Shown: in pieces, positions 29,142 to 39,050 of the stretch
Numbering within the stretch: the first letter of the stretch is position 1
How the letters are laid out: each line of letters begins with the position of its first letter
NCBI GenBank assembly: GCA_002496015.1
Contig: DAIF01000006.1
Location: 7,403-71,402, forward strand
Origin: Candidatus Pacearchaeota archaeon UBA73
GTDB taxonomy: Archaea; Nanobdellota; Nanobdellia; Pacearchaeales; GW2011-AR1
Direction of reading: 5' to 3'
DNA length: 64,000 nucleotides
Position numbers and translations under genes: made by a program
The notes under the pieces: generated by a model
Told to the model about the DNA's origin: nothing
Seen by the model: only the letters and a program-made list of their open reading frames with translations
The model's database searches: none

Positions 29142-30182
29142 ATGAAAAACAAAAGAGGTGAGCCTACTATGATGTTCTATATCGTTACAATCTCAGTTGC
29201 GATATTAGGATTTGTTATTTTACTTGCTTACCTCTTTACTTTAGATCCGCGCAGCCAGGAGGAAGATGTTCTTTGCAAACTCTCCGTTTTAACAAGGGCA
29301 ACTTCTCCCGATTTAGCCCAGTCATATATCCCTTTACGATGCTCGACAAAAAAAATTTGCTTAAGTGACAATTTTTTTGGCAGCGACTGTAAGGAATTTG
29401 CTGGAGAAAAAAACGTTATTTCAATTCGTCTTTCTGGAACAGAAGAGGATTTTGCTCGGACAATTGAAAAAACCTACACCGAAGCGATGTATGGTTGCTG
29501 GGATTCAATGGGCCAGGGAAAGCTTTCTCTGTTCACTAAAGGGGCGTCGGAAGTACTGGGTTTGGCAACAACGCAAGCAACCTGCGTAATCTGCTCCAGG
29601 ATCGCTATAGACATAAACGAACCTGAAAAAAAACAAAGGGTCTTGAATAAAGTTAATATAAATGAGTATATGCGAAGAACGCAAATACCTGGTCAGCAAT
29701 TTACTTTCTTGCAGGCATTTACAGATCGCTCAGTAAATTCATTCACCCCTATAAATAACGATGTACTTAATTCAGTATCAGAAATAGAAAAAGATTCGAA
29801 AGTAGAGTTTGGTCAAACAGATGAAATGGCTATTGTTTTCAGCCAAATCAAACCTCGGAGCTACACGGACACACTGAATAATCTCGGAACTGCAGGAGCC
29901 ACCGTCGCAGGAACTGCGTTCTTCACTCCGGGAATTGGTAGAATTGCAACACGGGCAATTTTTACCCTGCCAGGACTTGCAATTTCAGCAGCGGCAGCTG
30001 CAGGAGTCACCGCTTATTCTATGTCGACTGTTTACGAAGGCCGCGTCGCAGCTGCGGGTTATTGCGGAAAATTTACAACTGCCGATAGTGCAATGGATGA
30101 GGGATGCTCTGTCACCCAAATCGTCCCATATGACTTTAAATCGCTCAATCAAATATGTTATGCACTAGAGGGTAACTTTTAA
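29142..30182 (+). CDS. pilin-like Cys-rich protein
   Basis: MKNKRG/E plus hydrophobic helix; CKLSV, CWDSMGQG and CVICS; internal Gly/Ala-rich hydrophobic hairpin. Confidence 0.78.
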   Translation: MKNKRGEPTMMFYIVTISVAILGFVILLAYLFTLDPRSQEEDVLCKLSVLTRATSPDLAQSYIPLRCSTKKICLSDNFFGSDCKEFAGEKNVISIRLSGTEEDFARTIEKTYTEAMYGCWDSMGQGKLSLFTKGASEVLGLATTQATCVICSRIAIDINEPEKKQRVLNKVNINEYMRRTQIPGQQFTFLQAFTDRSVNSFTPINNDVLNSVSEIEKDSKVEFGQTDEMAIVFSQIKPRSYTDTLNNLGTAGATVAGTAFFTPGIGRIATRAIFTLPGLAISAAAAAGVTAYSMSTVYEGRVAAAGYCGKFTTADSAMDEGCSVTQIVPYDFKSLNQICYALEGNF

Positions 30183-30183
30183 A

Positions 30184-30825
30184 ATGAAAAACAAAAAAGC
30201 AAGTGTAATTCATGACAACCTTCTTGAAGTAATTCTCGCGGCATTGGGAATACTTTTAGTTGTAGGGGGAGGTCTCTGGCTTGCGTATAAAGTATGGACT
30301 ATCAACCAGGATCAAAGTGCAGAAAATGCGCAACAATTACTAAATGACATAGTAGCAAAAATTGAAGCAATCGAGGATGGGGACAACGCGACGATGCTTG
30401 CCCGTCGTATTAAGGGGGATTGGGGAATTATCGCGTACAAAAAAACAGATCCGATCCGCCCGGAAAAATGTTTCCTGCAAAATTGTATTTGTATTTTTCC
30501 ATTTGATTATTCTTGGTGGAAAGGACGCGGAAATGAATTTATCTTCAGCCCAGATTATCAAAAAATGGCGGAAAGCTGTCAGAAAGAAGGTTATGTCCGA
30601 TTATTCCAAGATAAAACAATAGAAGTCATAACCGTCGATGCCATTTCGGGCGTTCCGGATGGAATAGCACTTAGTTTACGGGGAGAAATAAAAACGAGGA
30701 CATATCCGCGTATTTATATCGGGGATAAAATGGGCGAAGGAGGGGTTTTACAACTGAACATAGATCGTAGGGAAAATTTAATTCAGGTTTGGTATGACAA
30801 AGCAACATATGATCCAACAAATTAA
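30184..30825 (+). CDS. pilin-like protein
   Basis: MKNKKA/S plus hydrophobic helix; CFLQNCICI. Confidence 0.78.
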   Translation: MKNKKASVIHDNLLEVILAALGILLVVGGGLWLAYKVWTINQDQSAENAQQLLNDIVAKIEAIEDGDNATMLARRIKGDWGIIAYKKTDPIRPEKCFLQNCICIFPFDYSWWKGRGNEFIFSPDYQKMAESCQKEGYVRLFQDKTIEVITVDAISGVPDGIALSLRGEIKTRTYPRIYIGDKMGEGGVLQLNIDRRENLIQVWYDKATYDPTN

Positions 30826-30826
30826 A

Positions 30827-31273
30827 ATGAATAAACGAGCAGTTCTTTCAAACACCCTCATTAGCACAGTAGTTGGGATAATGGCGATTGCAACAGTGGT
30901 TGCTGGGATATCAATTTTTCTGGTTTCCCAAAAAAATGCAGCAGCCGTCTGGGAAGATTATTACGCCAAAGAAATTTCTAGGGTTATTAATCTTGCCCGG
31001 CCCGGAGACGAAATTTCGCTCGATGTAACCAAGGCCGTCGGAATCGCAACAAAAAGTCAGGTAAGAAGTCAATCAGAAATATTCACATTTGACAATCCAA
31101 ACAATGAGGTTTGCGTGAAACTCGCTCCAAGCAGAAAAACCTGCTATCCGTTTTTCAACGATGTCGATGTTATAAATTATGAAACGCTCCCGGTAGGAGA
31201 CATAAAAGATGGAAAACCGGTTTCTTTGTTAAAATTTAAAGTTGCAGAAAGACCTGTTTTGGAGACAATATGA
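30827..31273 (+). CDS. pilin-like protein
   Basis: MNKRA/V plus hydrophobic helix. Confidence 0.75.
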   Translation: MNKRAVLSNTLISTVVGIMAIATVVAGISIFLVSQKNAAAVWEDYYAKEISRVINLARPGDEISLDVTKAVGIATKSQVRSQSEIFTFDNPNNEVCVKLAPSRKTCYPFFNDVDVINYETLPVGDIKDGKPVSLLKFKVAERPVLETI

Positions 31274-31746
31274 AAAATAAAAAAGCTCAAGTCGGAGAGC
31301 AAACAATGAACCTTTCACTCTTGCTCCAGTTAGGCTTTCTTGCTCTTGGAATCATCGCGGGTGTGTGGATTTTCTTTTACAACTCCGGATACGACTTTCG
31401 AAGTATTGACGCGGAACTGTTAAATTCGCGGCTTCAGAGCTGTTTCAGACAGAACAATCTTAATTTCTCGCTTCCTCGGGAGGAATTTTTCAAAGAGCTA
31501 TTCGAAACCTGTAAAATTGAACAGCAAGAGATTACAGATGACTGGGTAATCGCAATTTACATCGACGAACTGTCAGAGCCAAAATATAAACACGGAGACC
31601 CCCTATCTTGCCAGCTCCAAAGCAAAAATGAAGGTCTGCCACGCTGTGTCGAAAGCACTTTCCAGATAACGATAAACGAAAAAACCGCGACGATAACTCT
31701 CTACACTGGCACAAATCAGCGATCAATCGTCAGGAGGACAGTTTAA
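31270..31746 (+). CDS. pilin-like protein
   Basis: MKNKKA/Q plus hydrophobic helix. Confidence 0.78.
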   Translation: MKNKKAQVGEQTMNLSLLLQLGFLALGIIAGVWIFFYNSGYDFRSIDAELLNSRLQSCFRQNNLNFSLPREEFFKELFETCKIEQQEITDDWVIAIYIDELSEPKYKHGDPLSCQLQSKNEGLPRCVESTFQITINEKTATITLYTGTNQRSIVRRTV

Positions 31747-31748
31747 CA

Positions 31749-32396
31749 ATGAAAAATAAAAAAGCAGTTATGGGAAAAATCATCATGGGCATCCCGGTTT
31801 GGATTATTCTCTTAATTCTAATTTTGGTATATTTAACCCTAGCTGCTTGGGCGGCAGCATTGAAGGGCCCACAATTCGAGCACGCAGCCACAAGTATAAG
31901 CCAAACATTCATTCTGACTGAAATAATCGAATTTGAGGAAGAAAAAATGTTAATAATTGATGCCCTGATGTTGGCACAGCAAGGGCAGGAGAAATACGAA
32001 AGAGTTTACAACGATATTCAGAACAAGCCAATGTCTCCGGAACAACGTGAGCAGGCACAACAGGAGATTCAAAAATATGCAAATTATCCTTGGAAAATTA
32101 AAAATGCGATAAAAAATGCTCTCGAACAAGAAAATAAGAATAATCCTAAAAATATGTGCTTCATTGTTTTTCAAGGCCCGAAAGCATTGACCAAAACCAT
32201 TGAACTAAATGCAAATGAGAAAGATACATTTATCAAAATAGAAAACGGAATAGCTTCTATTCAAACTACCGGAGAATTAGATGTCCAATACTATGAAGAT
32301 AATAATTACCTTGCTCCCTTGACCCAGATTATCCTACCCGAAACTAATGAGCGCCTGTCTTTCAAATATTATTATGGAGAATGCATGCATGAATAA
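31749..32396 (+). CDS. pilin-like protein
   Basis: MKNKKA/V plus hydrophobic helix. Confidence 0.75.
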   Translation: MKNKKAVMGKIIMGIPVWIILLILILVYLTLAAWAAALKGPQFEHAATSISQTFILTEIIEFEEEKMLIIDALMLAQQGQEKYERVYNDIQNKPMSPEQREQAQQEIQKYANYPWKIKNAIKNALEQENKNNPKNMCFIVFQGPKALTKTIELNANEKDTFIKIENGIASIQTTGELDVQYYEDNNYLAPLTQIILPETNERLSFKYYYGECMHE

Positions 32397-32838
32397 AAAA
32401 GGTGATATTCCTTCGATAATTCTAATAATTGCAGCAGGAGCTTTAGTAATCACAGGAGCGGTAATATTTGCTTTATTTAATGGAGAACTAGCTGCCCGCT
32501 CCGGAGATTATGCCTCGCTCATGAATCAACTTGAGTTCAATTACCAATATGCCCTTAAAAATTTTGAGATGATTATCGAACAAGCTGGAATACAATGCAG
32601 CTCTTGCGATGAAAATCAATTCAAAGAAAAAATAATCGAAATAGCGGCCATTAGAGAATCACAATTCCGTTATGAAAATCTGGGCAACGCATATGGCAAA
32701 ATTAGAAGCGGAGAGTTTACAGTCCAACAAAAAGAGAATGAACTACAAGTAATAATTGAAGACCTCTTCGTAAAAGCAGAATCAGGCAATAACCTCGCAA
32801 TAAGAAGTTATTCTTTTGCACGCGAAGTAGATATCTGA
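32389..32838 (+). CDS. pilin-like protein
   Basis: MNKKG/D plus hydrophobic helix. Confidence 0.78.
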   Translation: MNKKGDIPSIILIIAAGALVITGAVIFALFNGELAARSGDYASLMNQLEFNYQYALKNFEMIIEQAGIQCSSCDENQFKEKIIEIAAIRESQFRYENLGNAYGKIRSGEFTVQQKENELQVIIEDLFVKAESGNNLAIRSYSFAREVDI

Positions 32839-32999
32839 TCCACATAGATTCTGTCTGGAATTTATTGAGTTACCTTTGGTTAAGTGAGCACGTCCCGTGA
32901 AAGGCATCCATTATTGTTTCGCGCGCAGAGCGTCAGGACGAGATTGGAGGCAAAGCGAAATGAAGAAACATTTATAAACAAAAATCATTTATCTAATGC

Positions 33000-33623
33000 A
33001 TGAAAAATAAGGTGAACAAAAAAGGTCAAGACCTTTCTATTGGCACATTAATATTAATAGTCCTTGGAATTGTCGTTCTCGTCCTTCTAGTCTTGGGCTT
33101 CTCGATGGGTTGGGAAAACCTTTGGGAAAAAATCAACATCTTCGGAGGCGGAAGCTCAATCGGCACAGTTGCCTCTGCTTGCGAACTCGCTGCTCAGCAG
33201 GACAACAAATACGGCTACTGCCAGGAATTCAAAAGAGTAAAAGTCGGTCAGACCAATGAATACGTTAATTGCCAAGATACAAGACTGCAATCAAGCATAG
33301 ACACTAGACTGAACTGCGATCTGAACGAAGTCAATAATGCAATCCAAATGCTCTGTGATGGATTCACCAGCGACAGCGACAGAATAAATATAAGAATAAA
33401 TGGAAATACATGCAAAGAAAGATTTGACACTATCTACGATGCAACAGGAAAGAGAATACCGACAGATCCGGCAGCAGAACAACAACTTACAGCATATACA
33501 ACTGAATGTATGAGCAAACAAGGAACTGTGGATGATACGATCACAGGCAATTGCCCAGCAGGAAAGACATTAGTCCAAGTAGACGCGACACGACCACAAG
33601 GAAAAGTCTGCTGCAGAGCTTAA
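33000..33623 (+). CDS. pilin-like protein, Cys-rich
   Basis: MKNKVNKKG/QDLSIGTLILIVLGIVVLVLLVLGF; own TATA-like TTTATAAA near 32970. Confidence 0.82.
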   Translation: MKNKVNKKGQDLSIGTLILIVLGIVVLVLLVLGFSMGWENLWEKINIFGGGSSIGTVASACELAAQQDNKYGYCQEFKRVKVGQTNEYVNCQDTRLQSSIDTRLNCDLNEVNNAIQMLCDGFTSDSDRINIRINGNTCKERFDTIYDATGKRIPTDPAAEQQLTAYTTECMSKQGTVDDTITGNCPAGKTLVQVDATRPQGKVCCRA

Positions 33624-33632
33624 ATTCTCATC

Positions 33633-33959
33633 ATGAACAAAAAAGCATTTGAACTCGCGATTTCAACACTGATTATAATCGTTTTGGGAATCCTCGTTCT
33701 CATTGCCATCGTCTACGCTCTGACTGGCGGTTTCAAAAATTTCACAAGCGCTACAGACCCTTTCATAGACAGCACTCAGGCAACCGCAGTCACACAGAAC
33801 TGTAAGAACGCCTGCGAACAAAACTTAACAATCATCTATTGCTGTTCTGAGTATGAAATTGACGGCAGACCTGTTAATTGTGCCGATTCAAGATTAGGTA
33901 TTGGATGCTCACTAAACTGTGCGGGATTTGAATGCGGCTCCCCGGAAGACGGTCAATAA
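33633..33959 (+). CDS. small pilin-like protein, Cys-rich
   Basis: MNKKA/FELAISTLIIIVLGILVLIAIV. Confidence 0.82.
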   Translation: MNKKAFELAISTLIIIVLGILVLIAIVYALTGGFKNFTSATDPFIDSTQATAVTQNCKNACEQNLTIIYCCSEYEIDGRPVNCADSRLGIGCSLNCAGFECGSPEDGQ

Positions 33960-33971
33960 CTTTAGATTAAA

Positions 33972-34109
33972 ATGTCAAGCCAAGATTATTCCTCAAAAAG
34001 AAAGACCAAGAACGACAAAAGAGCGAAAGCTCGTTACAAAATTTACAAAAAGGGAGGCTCCCAGCGCTCGACAAACATCAAGCTGACAAATGAAAAACAA
34101 AGTTGTTAA
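33972..34109 (+). CDS. small highly basic protein, 45 aa (absent from ORF track)
   Basis: MSSQDYSSKRKTKNDKRAKARYKIYKKGGSQRSTNIKLTNEKQSC. Confidence 0.5.
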   Translation: MSSQDYSSKRKTKNDKRAKARYKIYKKGGSQRSTNIKLTNEKQSC

Positions 34110-34184
34110 AGTCCGATTTACGTTCGACGTTAATAGGAAGAAACCTTTAATAGAATAGAGAAAATAACACAAAAGCTAATCTGG

Positions 34185-34385
34185 TCACAGGAGATAATTT
34201 ATTATTATGAAATATTCTCTCGTGGGATGTACAAAATTGGATGCAGATGGATCCACAAGTCCAGTACACAAAAGAAATTTTGCTCCATGAAATACTCTAT
34301 TTTTAGGTTTACAAATATTTTTGAAATATTCTGAAAAATAATCTAACTTACAAAAATATAATACATCAAAACAGCCAATTCTCAA
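34185..34385 (-). CDS. hypothetical protein
   Basis: ATGA overlap with the upstream gene; no recognisable motif. Confidence 0.3.
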   Translation of the reverse strand: MRIGCFDVLYFCKLDYFSEYFKNICKPKNRVFHGAKFLLCTGLVDPSASNFVHPTREYFIIINYLL

Positions 34386-35914
34386 AACAAAATATTATTT
34401 ATATTAATAAAAGAAAATAGATTCGTTCTTACTTTACTTTTTTTGATATTCTTAGATAAGGCGACAGTAACTATAACAATCAGAATAACTAAGAGAATAA
34501 TCCCCCACAAAGAAGATTTATCTTTAGATATCTTCCTGTTTTCATCAAAAATTATTTCATCATCAGGCAACGTTTCTTTCTCTCTTTGAGAAAATTTTTG
34601 AATAAAAATTCTTGCTCTGCCATTTTCAATTCCATCATATCTCAATGAAATATCGTTTTCTCCGTCTCTGTTTAAATCAAATATGACAATTTCATTCTTG
34701 GTTAAATTTAAAACAACTGGTTCTGATTGAATTGTAACTCTCGCCGTTGTTGAATTAAAAAAATTCAATGTCAAAACGTGCCCGTCAAATCTTAATTTAT
34801 CCGTGACAAGCAAAAGTTCTGAATATCCTCCTTCTAAATCAGATTCGCTGACATTATATTCAATCGGAATCCTCCCGCCCCCTCCGTAACCACCTCCAGA
34901 ACTAGAACTGCCGCAGTTACTTGTTCTCATTGTCTGAGATACAGAAAAAATATTTCCTGCATTATCTTCTGCACTTACACTAATATCGTAATCACTCCCA
35001 CAATTCAATCCTGAGACTACGTTTCCAGAGACATCGCCAGAAGAACTTAAGAGAACACAACTTTTAATCCCGCTCAACTCATCAGCACAATTAAAACTAA
35101 CAGTAATAGAATCTCTCGCTGAACTTGAATGAGAAAGAGAAATTTCTGGCATAGTGTTATCGATTGTAAATGTAATAGATACAGAATCATTTATTTGACC
35201 TAATGTATCATTCGCGATTACAGAAAGATTATACTCTCCGTCTGAAAGAGTAGTCGTGTCAAAGATTGCATTATAAAGATTGTCATTTTTTGTCGCCTCT
35301 AAAATTTCTAATTGTTCCGAAGAGTTTGAAATATTAAATGCAACACTATCGACTCCCGAAGCATCAATTATCATTGCACTTAGGACAATCTCTCCTGAAA
35401 CATCTGCAAAAGCAACAGGGGAAATAATTTCTACTTGCGGTGCTGTATTGTCTATTATAATATTTTTTATTCCAAAAGGGAGAGGAGAATGTGTAATATT
35501 CCCTCCGTTTATTTCAATTACATTGATGGAAAAAGTTATTTCACCAGCGCTTTCATCGAGATTAATTTTTATTGTAAGATTTTGCTCTTCTTCAATATCC
35601 CAATTTAATGCAATAAAACCGCCAAAAGTAGCATTGGGAAAATATGGAAAATTTGAATTTGTTACAACATTTCCTGATGAAGAAGTTAAAGTAATATTAA
35701 TTAAGTCATCTTCAATTAAATCTCCTGTAAAGTTTATTGTGATTCTGCGGAGTATTCCGGTCTCAGTTGTATTCGTTATATTAAATTTAAGAACATCAAA
35801 GCTGTCTCCTGCCTTGACAAACTCAGGAGCAACGTCCCAAAATTCCGCACTCACAGTTCCTATAAATAAAAGCAGGAAAACCGCGCTAAAAAAAATATTC
35901 CGATTCCTCACCAT
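34382..35914 (-). CDS. cell-surface glycoprotein with Ig-like domains
   Basis: Signal peptide, repeated IDNT.P Ig boundaries, many NxS/T sequons, Ser/Gly linker and C-terminal TM; AT-rich. Confidence 0.82.
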   Translation of the reverse strand: MVRNRNIFFSAVFLLLFIGTVSAEFWDVAPEFVKAGDSFDVLKFNITNTTETGILRRITINFTGDLIEDDLINITLTSSSGNVVTNSNFPYFPNATFGGFIALNWDIEEEQNLTIKINLDESAGEITFSINVIEINGGNITHSPLPFGIKNIIIDNTAPQVEIISPVAFADVSGEIVLSAMIIDASGVDSVAFNISNSSEQLEILEATKNDNLYNAIFDTTTLSDGEYNLSVIANDTLGQINDSVSITFTIDNTMPEISLSHSSSARDSITVSFNCADELSGIKSCVLLSSSGDVSGNVVSGLNCGSDYDISVSAEDNAGNIFSVSQTMRTSNCGSSSSGGGYGGGGRIPIEYNVSESDLEGGYSELLLVTDKLRFDGHVLTLNFFNSTTARVTIQSEPVVLNLTKNEIVIFDLNRDGENDISLRYDGIENGRARIFIQKFSQREKETLPDDEIIFDENRKISKDKSSLWGIILLVILIVIVTVALSKNIKKSKVRTNLFSFININNILF

Positions 35915-36001
35915 TTACCTCTTGAACTCATCATTATTACATAAAATTTAATATTTTAGGCATTTCATTTTTATTATTTTTTCAAGTATTCAATCTTTTT
36001 A

Positions 36002-36046
36002 AATGTTACGCTTATGTAACTCTTTGCTTTAAATTAATGTTACGCT
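36002..36046. promoter_or_regulatory. candidate operator in divergent promoter
   Basis: Palindrome GTTAC-N6-GTAAC (36005-36020); direct repeat AATGTTACGCT at 36002 and 36036. Confidence 0.45.
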
Positions 36047-36054
36047 CTCAATAC

Positions 36055-36285
36055 ATGAAAAAAAGTAAATTAAAGAGAATGATCTTTCTTAAAAAAGGCC
36101 GCCTTAGGAGTAGGGTATATGAATCTCTGAACAAACCAAAAACAGCAACAGAAATTTCAAAAGAACTTAAGGTTCATAGAAGTGCAGTAAGCAGAGTTTT
36201 ACTTGATTTAGAAAGAGAGAACTTAGCTGAATGCGTCAACGCGGAAGATGCAAGTTTCAGACACTACATAAAAAAGCCGGTTTAA
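36055..36285 (+). CDS. winged-helix (ArsR/MarR-like) transcriptional regulator
   Basis: KPKTATEISKELKVHRSAVSRVLLDL. Confidence 0.82.
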   Translation: MKKSKLKRMIFLKKGRLRSRVYESLNKPKTATEISKELKVHRSAVSRVLLDLERENLAECVNAEDASFRHYIKKPV

Positions 36286-36477
36286 ATTTCTGAATTTCTT
36301 TCAGTCCCGTCAATCCAATTTATGCCTGCTCCGCAGTCCGCGTGTTATTTTGAGCGCGCGCAGTTACCAATTACTATAAAACTAGTCAGAAGCAGCGAGT
36401 CTAACCACGACCATTTCACGAGAGCGAAGGGAGAACCCGGCTGAAAGCTGCCTCCTCAAAACAGAATACCAAAGTTT

Positions 36478-37461
36478 TTAGTCTCCAACAATTCCTTTCA
36501 ATATTTTGATAGCATAGATTAATATTAGGGGTCCTATAATAAATCCGAACAACCCAAACATCGCAATTCCCCCAAATATTCCCAAAAGCATTATCAGCGG
36601 ATTGATTCTTGTCTTCTTGCCTATCAAAATCCCCCTCAAGAAGAAGTCTATCCCGAACCCTAATATTAAGCCTACCGCAACTGTTCCAATAACCACTGGA
36701 TAATTCCCTATAATTATAAAGTATATCGCAAGAGGCATCCATACGAATCCCGGTCCAACTGCCGGAATAAACGCTGTGAAAAAAACCAAGGTTGCTAACA
36801 ATAAGGCAGAGTTTATACCCAGAAGAGAGAATCCTACAAACGCCACTCCAAATTCGATTAACCCGATGAGAAAAGTTCCAAATACTATCTCTTTGGTAGC
36901 TTCAGACAACTCATTTGCTATACCCTCTCTGTCTTTGAAAGGTATGAACTTCTTAAGCTCTGCCGCCAGATAGTCCCATTTAACGAGGACATAATAAAGC
37001 GCAAAGAACATTACAAGGATTGCTAAAAAGAAAGAGATTGCATTGGACACAAGCGGCCGAAGCAAAGATACCAAGAAGTTTAATCCTTCTCGGTTTATCA
37101 TGTCCAAAACCTGCGGGTCTAAACTCAATCCTATCTTGTCAAAAATTGTGTTCAGAACATTTCCAAAAGAATTTGTGTAACTATATGCGTCTTTAACCAA
37201 CGCTCCGGCAATTATTCCAAACGGAATAACGATTATCAAAATCAGAAGAACCATACAGATTCCTGCAGCGACGCGCTCGCCTGTCTTCTTGCTCATCGCG
37301 ACGTGAAGAGGTTTAATTAAGAATCCAAGAACAAAAGCTGAAAGCAATGCTATAATATATGGCTTCAAAATAAGATAAGATGCAACAACAAGCACAACTA
37401 TCAGCGTCAGAAAAGCGTATCTTTGTAATGTCCCCTTTTCAATCGCATAGCTCATCCTCAA
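36478..37461 (-). CDS. AI-2E family transporter
   Basis: Multi-TM; FIPAVGP and GIFGGIAMFGLFGFIIGPLI motifs. Confidence 0.9.
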   Translation of the reverse strand: MRMSYAIEKGTLQRYAFLTLIVVLVVASYLILKPYIIALLSAFVLGFLIKPLHVAMSKKTGERVAAGICMVLLILIIVIPFGIIAGALVKDAYSYTNSFGNVLNTIFDKIGLSLDPQVLDMINREGLNFLVSLLRPLVSNAISFFLAILVMFFALYYVLVKWDYLAAELKKFIPFKDREGIANELSEATKEIVFGTFLIGLIEFGVAFVGFSLLGINSALLLATLVFFTAFIPAVGPGFVWMPLAIYFIIIGNYPVVIGTVAVGLILGFGIDFFLRGILIGKKTRINPLIMLLGIFGGIAMFGLFGFIIGPLILIYAIKILKGIVGD

Positions 37462-37505
37462 AATAAAAAAGGAAACTTAATAAAACTTCTTCTCCTCAAA
37501 GAAAA

Positions 37506-38357
37506 ATGCAAGAATATTACTTTCTATTTGCTCTCGCTATAATCTACGCAATTTTTGCGACGTTCCAGGACCTACGCTCCAGAGAAGTAGCTAACTGGCT
37601 GAACTTCTCGCTCATTGCGTTCGCACTTGCATATCGCGCATTCTACTCCTCTTATTCAAACAATCCTTGGTTTTTTCTTTACGGGCTGCTGGCATTTGGT
37701 GTGATGTATCTTCTCGCATACGGATTTTACTATACCAAAGTATTCGCGGGTGGCGATGCAAAGCTCCTTATGGGCTTAGGAATAATTCTGCCGTATCAAT
37801 CTCCTATCCACCTCCTGACATTTCCGCTCCTCTTTGTCCTGACTCTCTTCGTTTCCGGCGCGATATGGAGTTTGTTTTACAGCATAATTATCGTAACAAA
37901 AAACAAGAAAAAATTCCTAAATGAATTCAGAAGAAGATATATTAGTTGGAGACCGGTAATAATACTCTCGCTCATAGCTTTAATTCTTTCGATTCTTGCG
38001 GGATTATTCTATCATCCGTTCGGCTATTTTGTGTCCATCCTCTCCCTAATCCCCCTTTTGTTTGTCTATACAAAATCCCTTGAGCAAAGCATGATTATTG
38101 TCCTCCCTCCAAGCAAGCTTACTGAAGGAGACTGGCTCGAAAAAGAAATAAAACTTCCCGGAGGAAAAACAATACGCAAGACTGTACACGGATTATCCTA
38201 CAAAGACATTCAGCTCCTTAAGAAATATCATCGTTCTGCTTTAATCAAAGAAGGAATTCCTTTTGTGCCAGCGTTTTTGATAACTGTCCTGCTCACGGTA
38301 CTCGTCTTGGCAACTTCACTACTTCCGTTTCCGCATTTTTTTTCACTGTTTTTTTAA
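37506..38357 (+). CDS. prepilin peptidase (A24; FlaK/PibD-like)
   Basis: QDLRSREV, GGDAKL, LTEGDW and GIPFVPAF motifs. Confidence 0.9.
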   Translation: MQEYYFLFALAIIYAIFATFQDLRSREVANWLNFSLIAFALAYRAFYSSYSNNPWFFLYGLLAFGVMYLLAYGFYYTKVFAGGDAKLLMGLGIILPYQSPIHLLTFPLLFVLTLFVSGAIWSLFYSIIIVTKNKKKFLNEFRRRYISWRPVIILSLIALILSILAGLFYHPFGYFVSILSLIPLLFVYTKSLEQSMIIVLPPSKLTEGDWLEKEIKLPGGKTIRKTVHGLSYKDIQLLKKYHRSALIKEGIPFVPAFLITVLLTVLVLATSLLPFPHFFSLFF

Positions 38358-38922
38358 TAACTTCTTTTTTCGGTTTTTTTATAATTCTCAACAGTCCATG
38401 AACTTCCTTCAGTTCTTCTTCGCTTGCTTCATATGCCGGCGAATTTACGTCAACTCTTTTTTCATAAACCGGAATAACATTTAATATCACTTCGTCAAAC
38501 GCTCTTGAAGTCTGAATCTCCGTCGCTTTCGCTTTTAATTTAGAAACCATTTTTACTGCAACTTTCTTAGCCAACATCAAAGCCCCGGTAGGAACCTCTT
38601 TAGAATCTCTCGCCAAAGTCTTAGGAATCACAATCACATGCCCTTTCGAAACAGGCCTTATCGAAACGACTGCTATCGCATCTTTATTCTCGTCAATCTT
38701 CTTGCTTGGAATGCTCCCATCTATAATCATCCTGAAAACACTGCGTTGTTCCTTTGCCGCACCTTCGGGACCACGTTGCTGCTCCACCATCGCAGAAATT
38801 GCTTCGTCACTCATTCCTGCCAGCTGGTTTCGAGCCGCCTCTTTCTGCTGTCCCTCAGGTAACCGCTCAACCTGCTCGTTCAATTGCTTCCGCGCCAGCG
38901 CCAAATCCTCTTTTGACAACAT
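38293..38922 (-). CDS. HIT-domain protein (degenerate triad)
   Basis: SVFRMIIDGSIPSKKI...PVSKGHVIVIPK; HxHxH replaced by EVILNVIP. Confidence 0.75.
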   Translation of the reverse strand: MLSKEDLALARKQLNEQVERLPEGQQKEAARNQLAGMSDEAISAMVEQQRGPEGAAKEQRSVFRMIIDGSIPSKKIDENKDAIAVVSIRPVSKGHVIVIPKTLARDSKEVPTGALMLAKKVAVKMVSKLKAKATEIQTSRAFDEVILNVIPVYEKRVDVNSPAYEASEEELKEVHGLLRIIKKPKKEVIKKTVKKNAETEVVKLPRRVP

Positions 38923-39050
38923 CTTCCAAATAGAAAACGAGCGTTTATATAATTTCTTAAACTATCTCGCTTACCGGAGCGTTTGTAGATAAATAGTCGT
39001 TCGCTAGCGCCTTTATGCGTCATTTGACTTTTTCAACAAAGTCAAGACTA

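Noticed and set aside
27966-33959. Provirus interpretation of the run of unknown ORFs
   Set aside because: All carry pilin-type leaders; no capsid, terminase, integrase or replication genes
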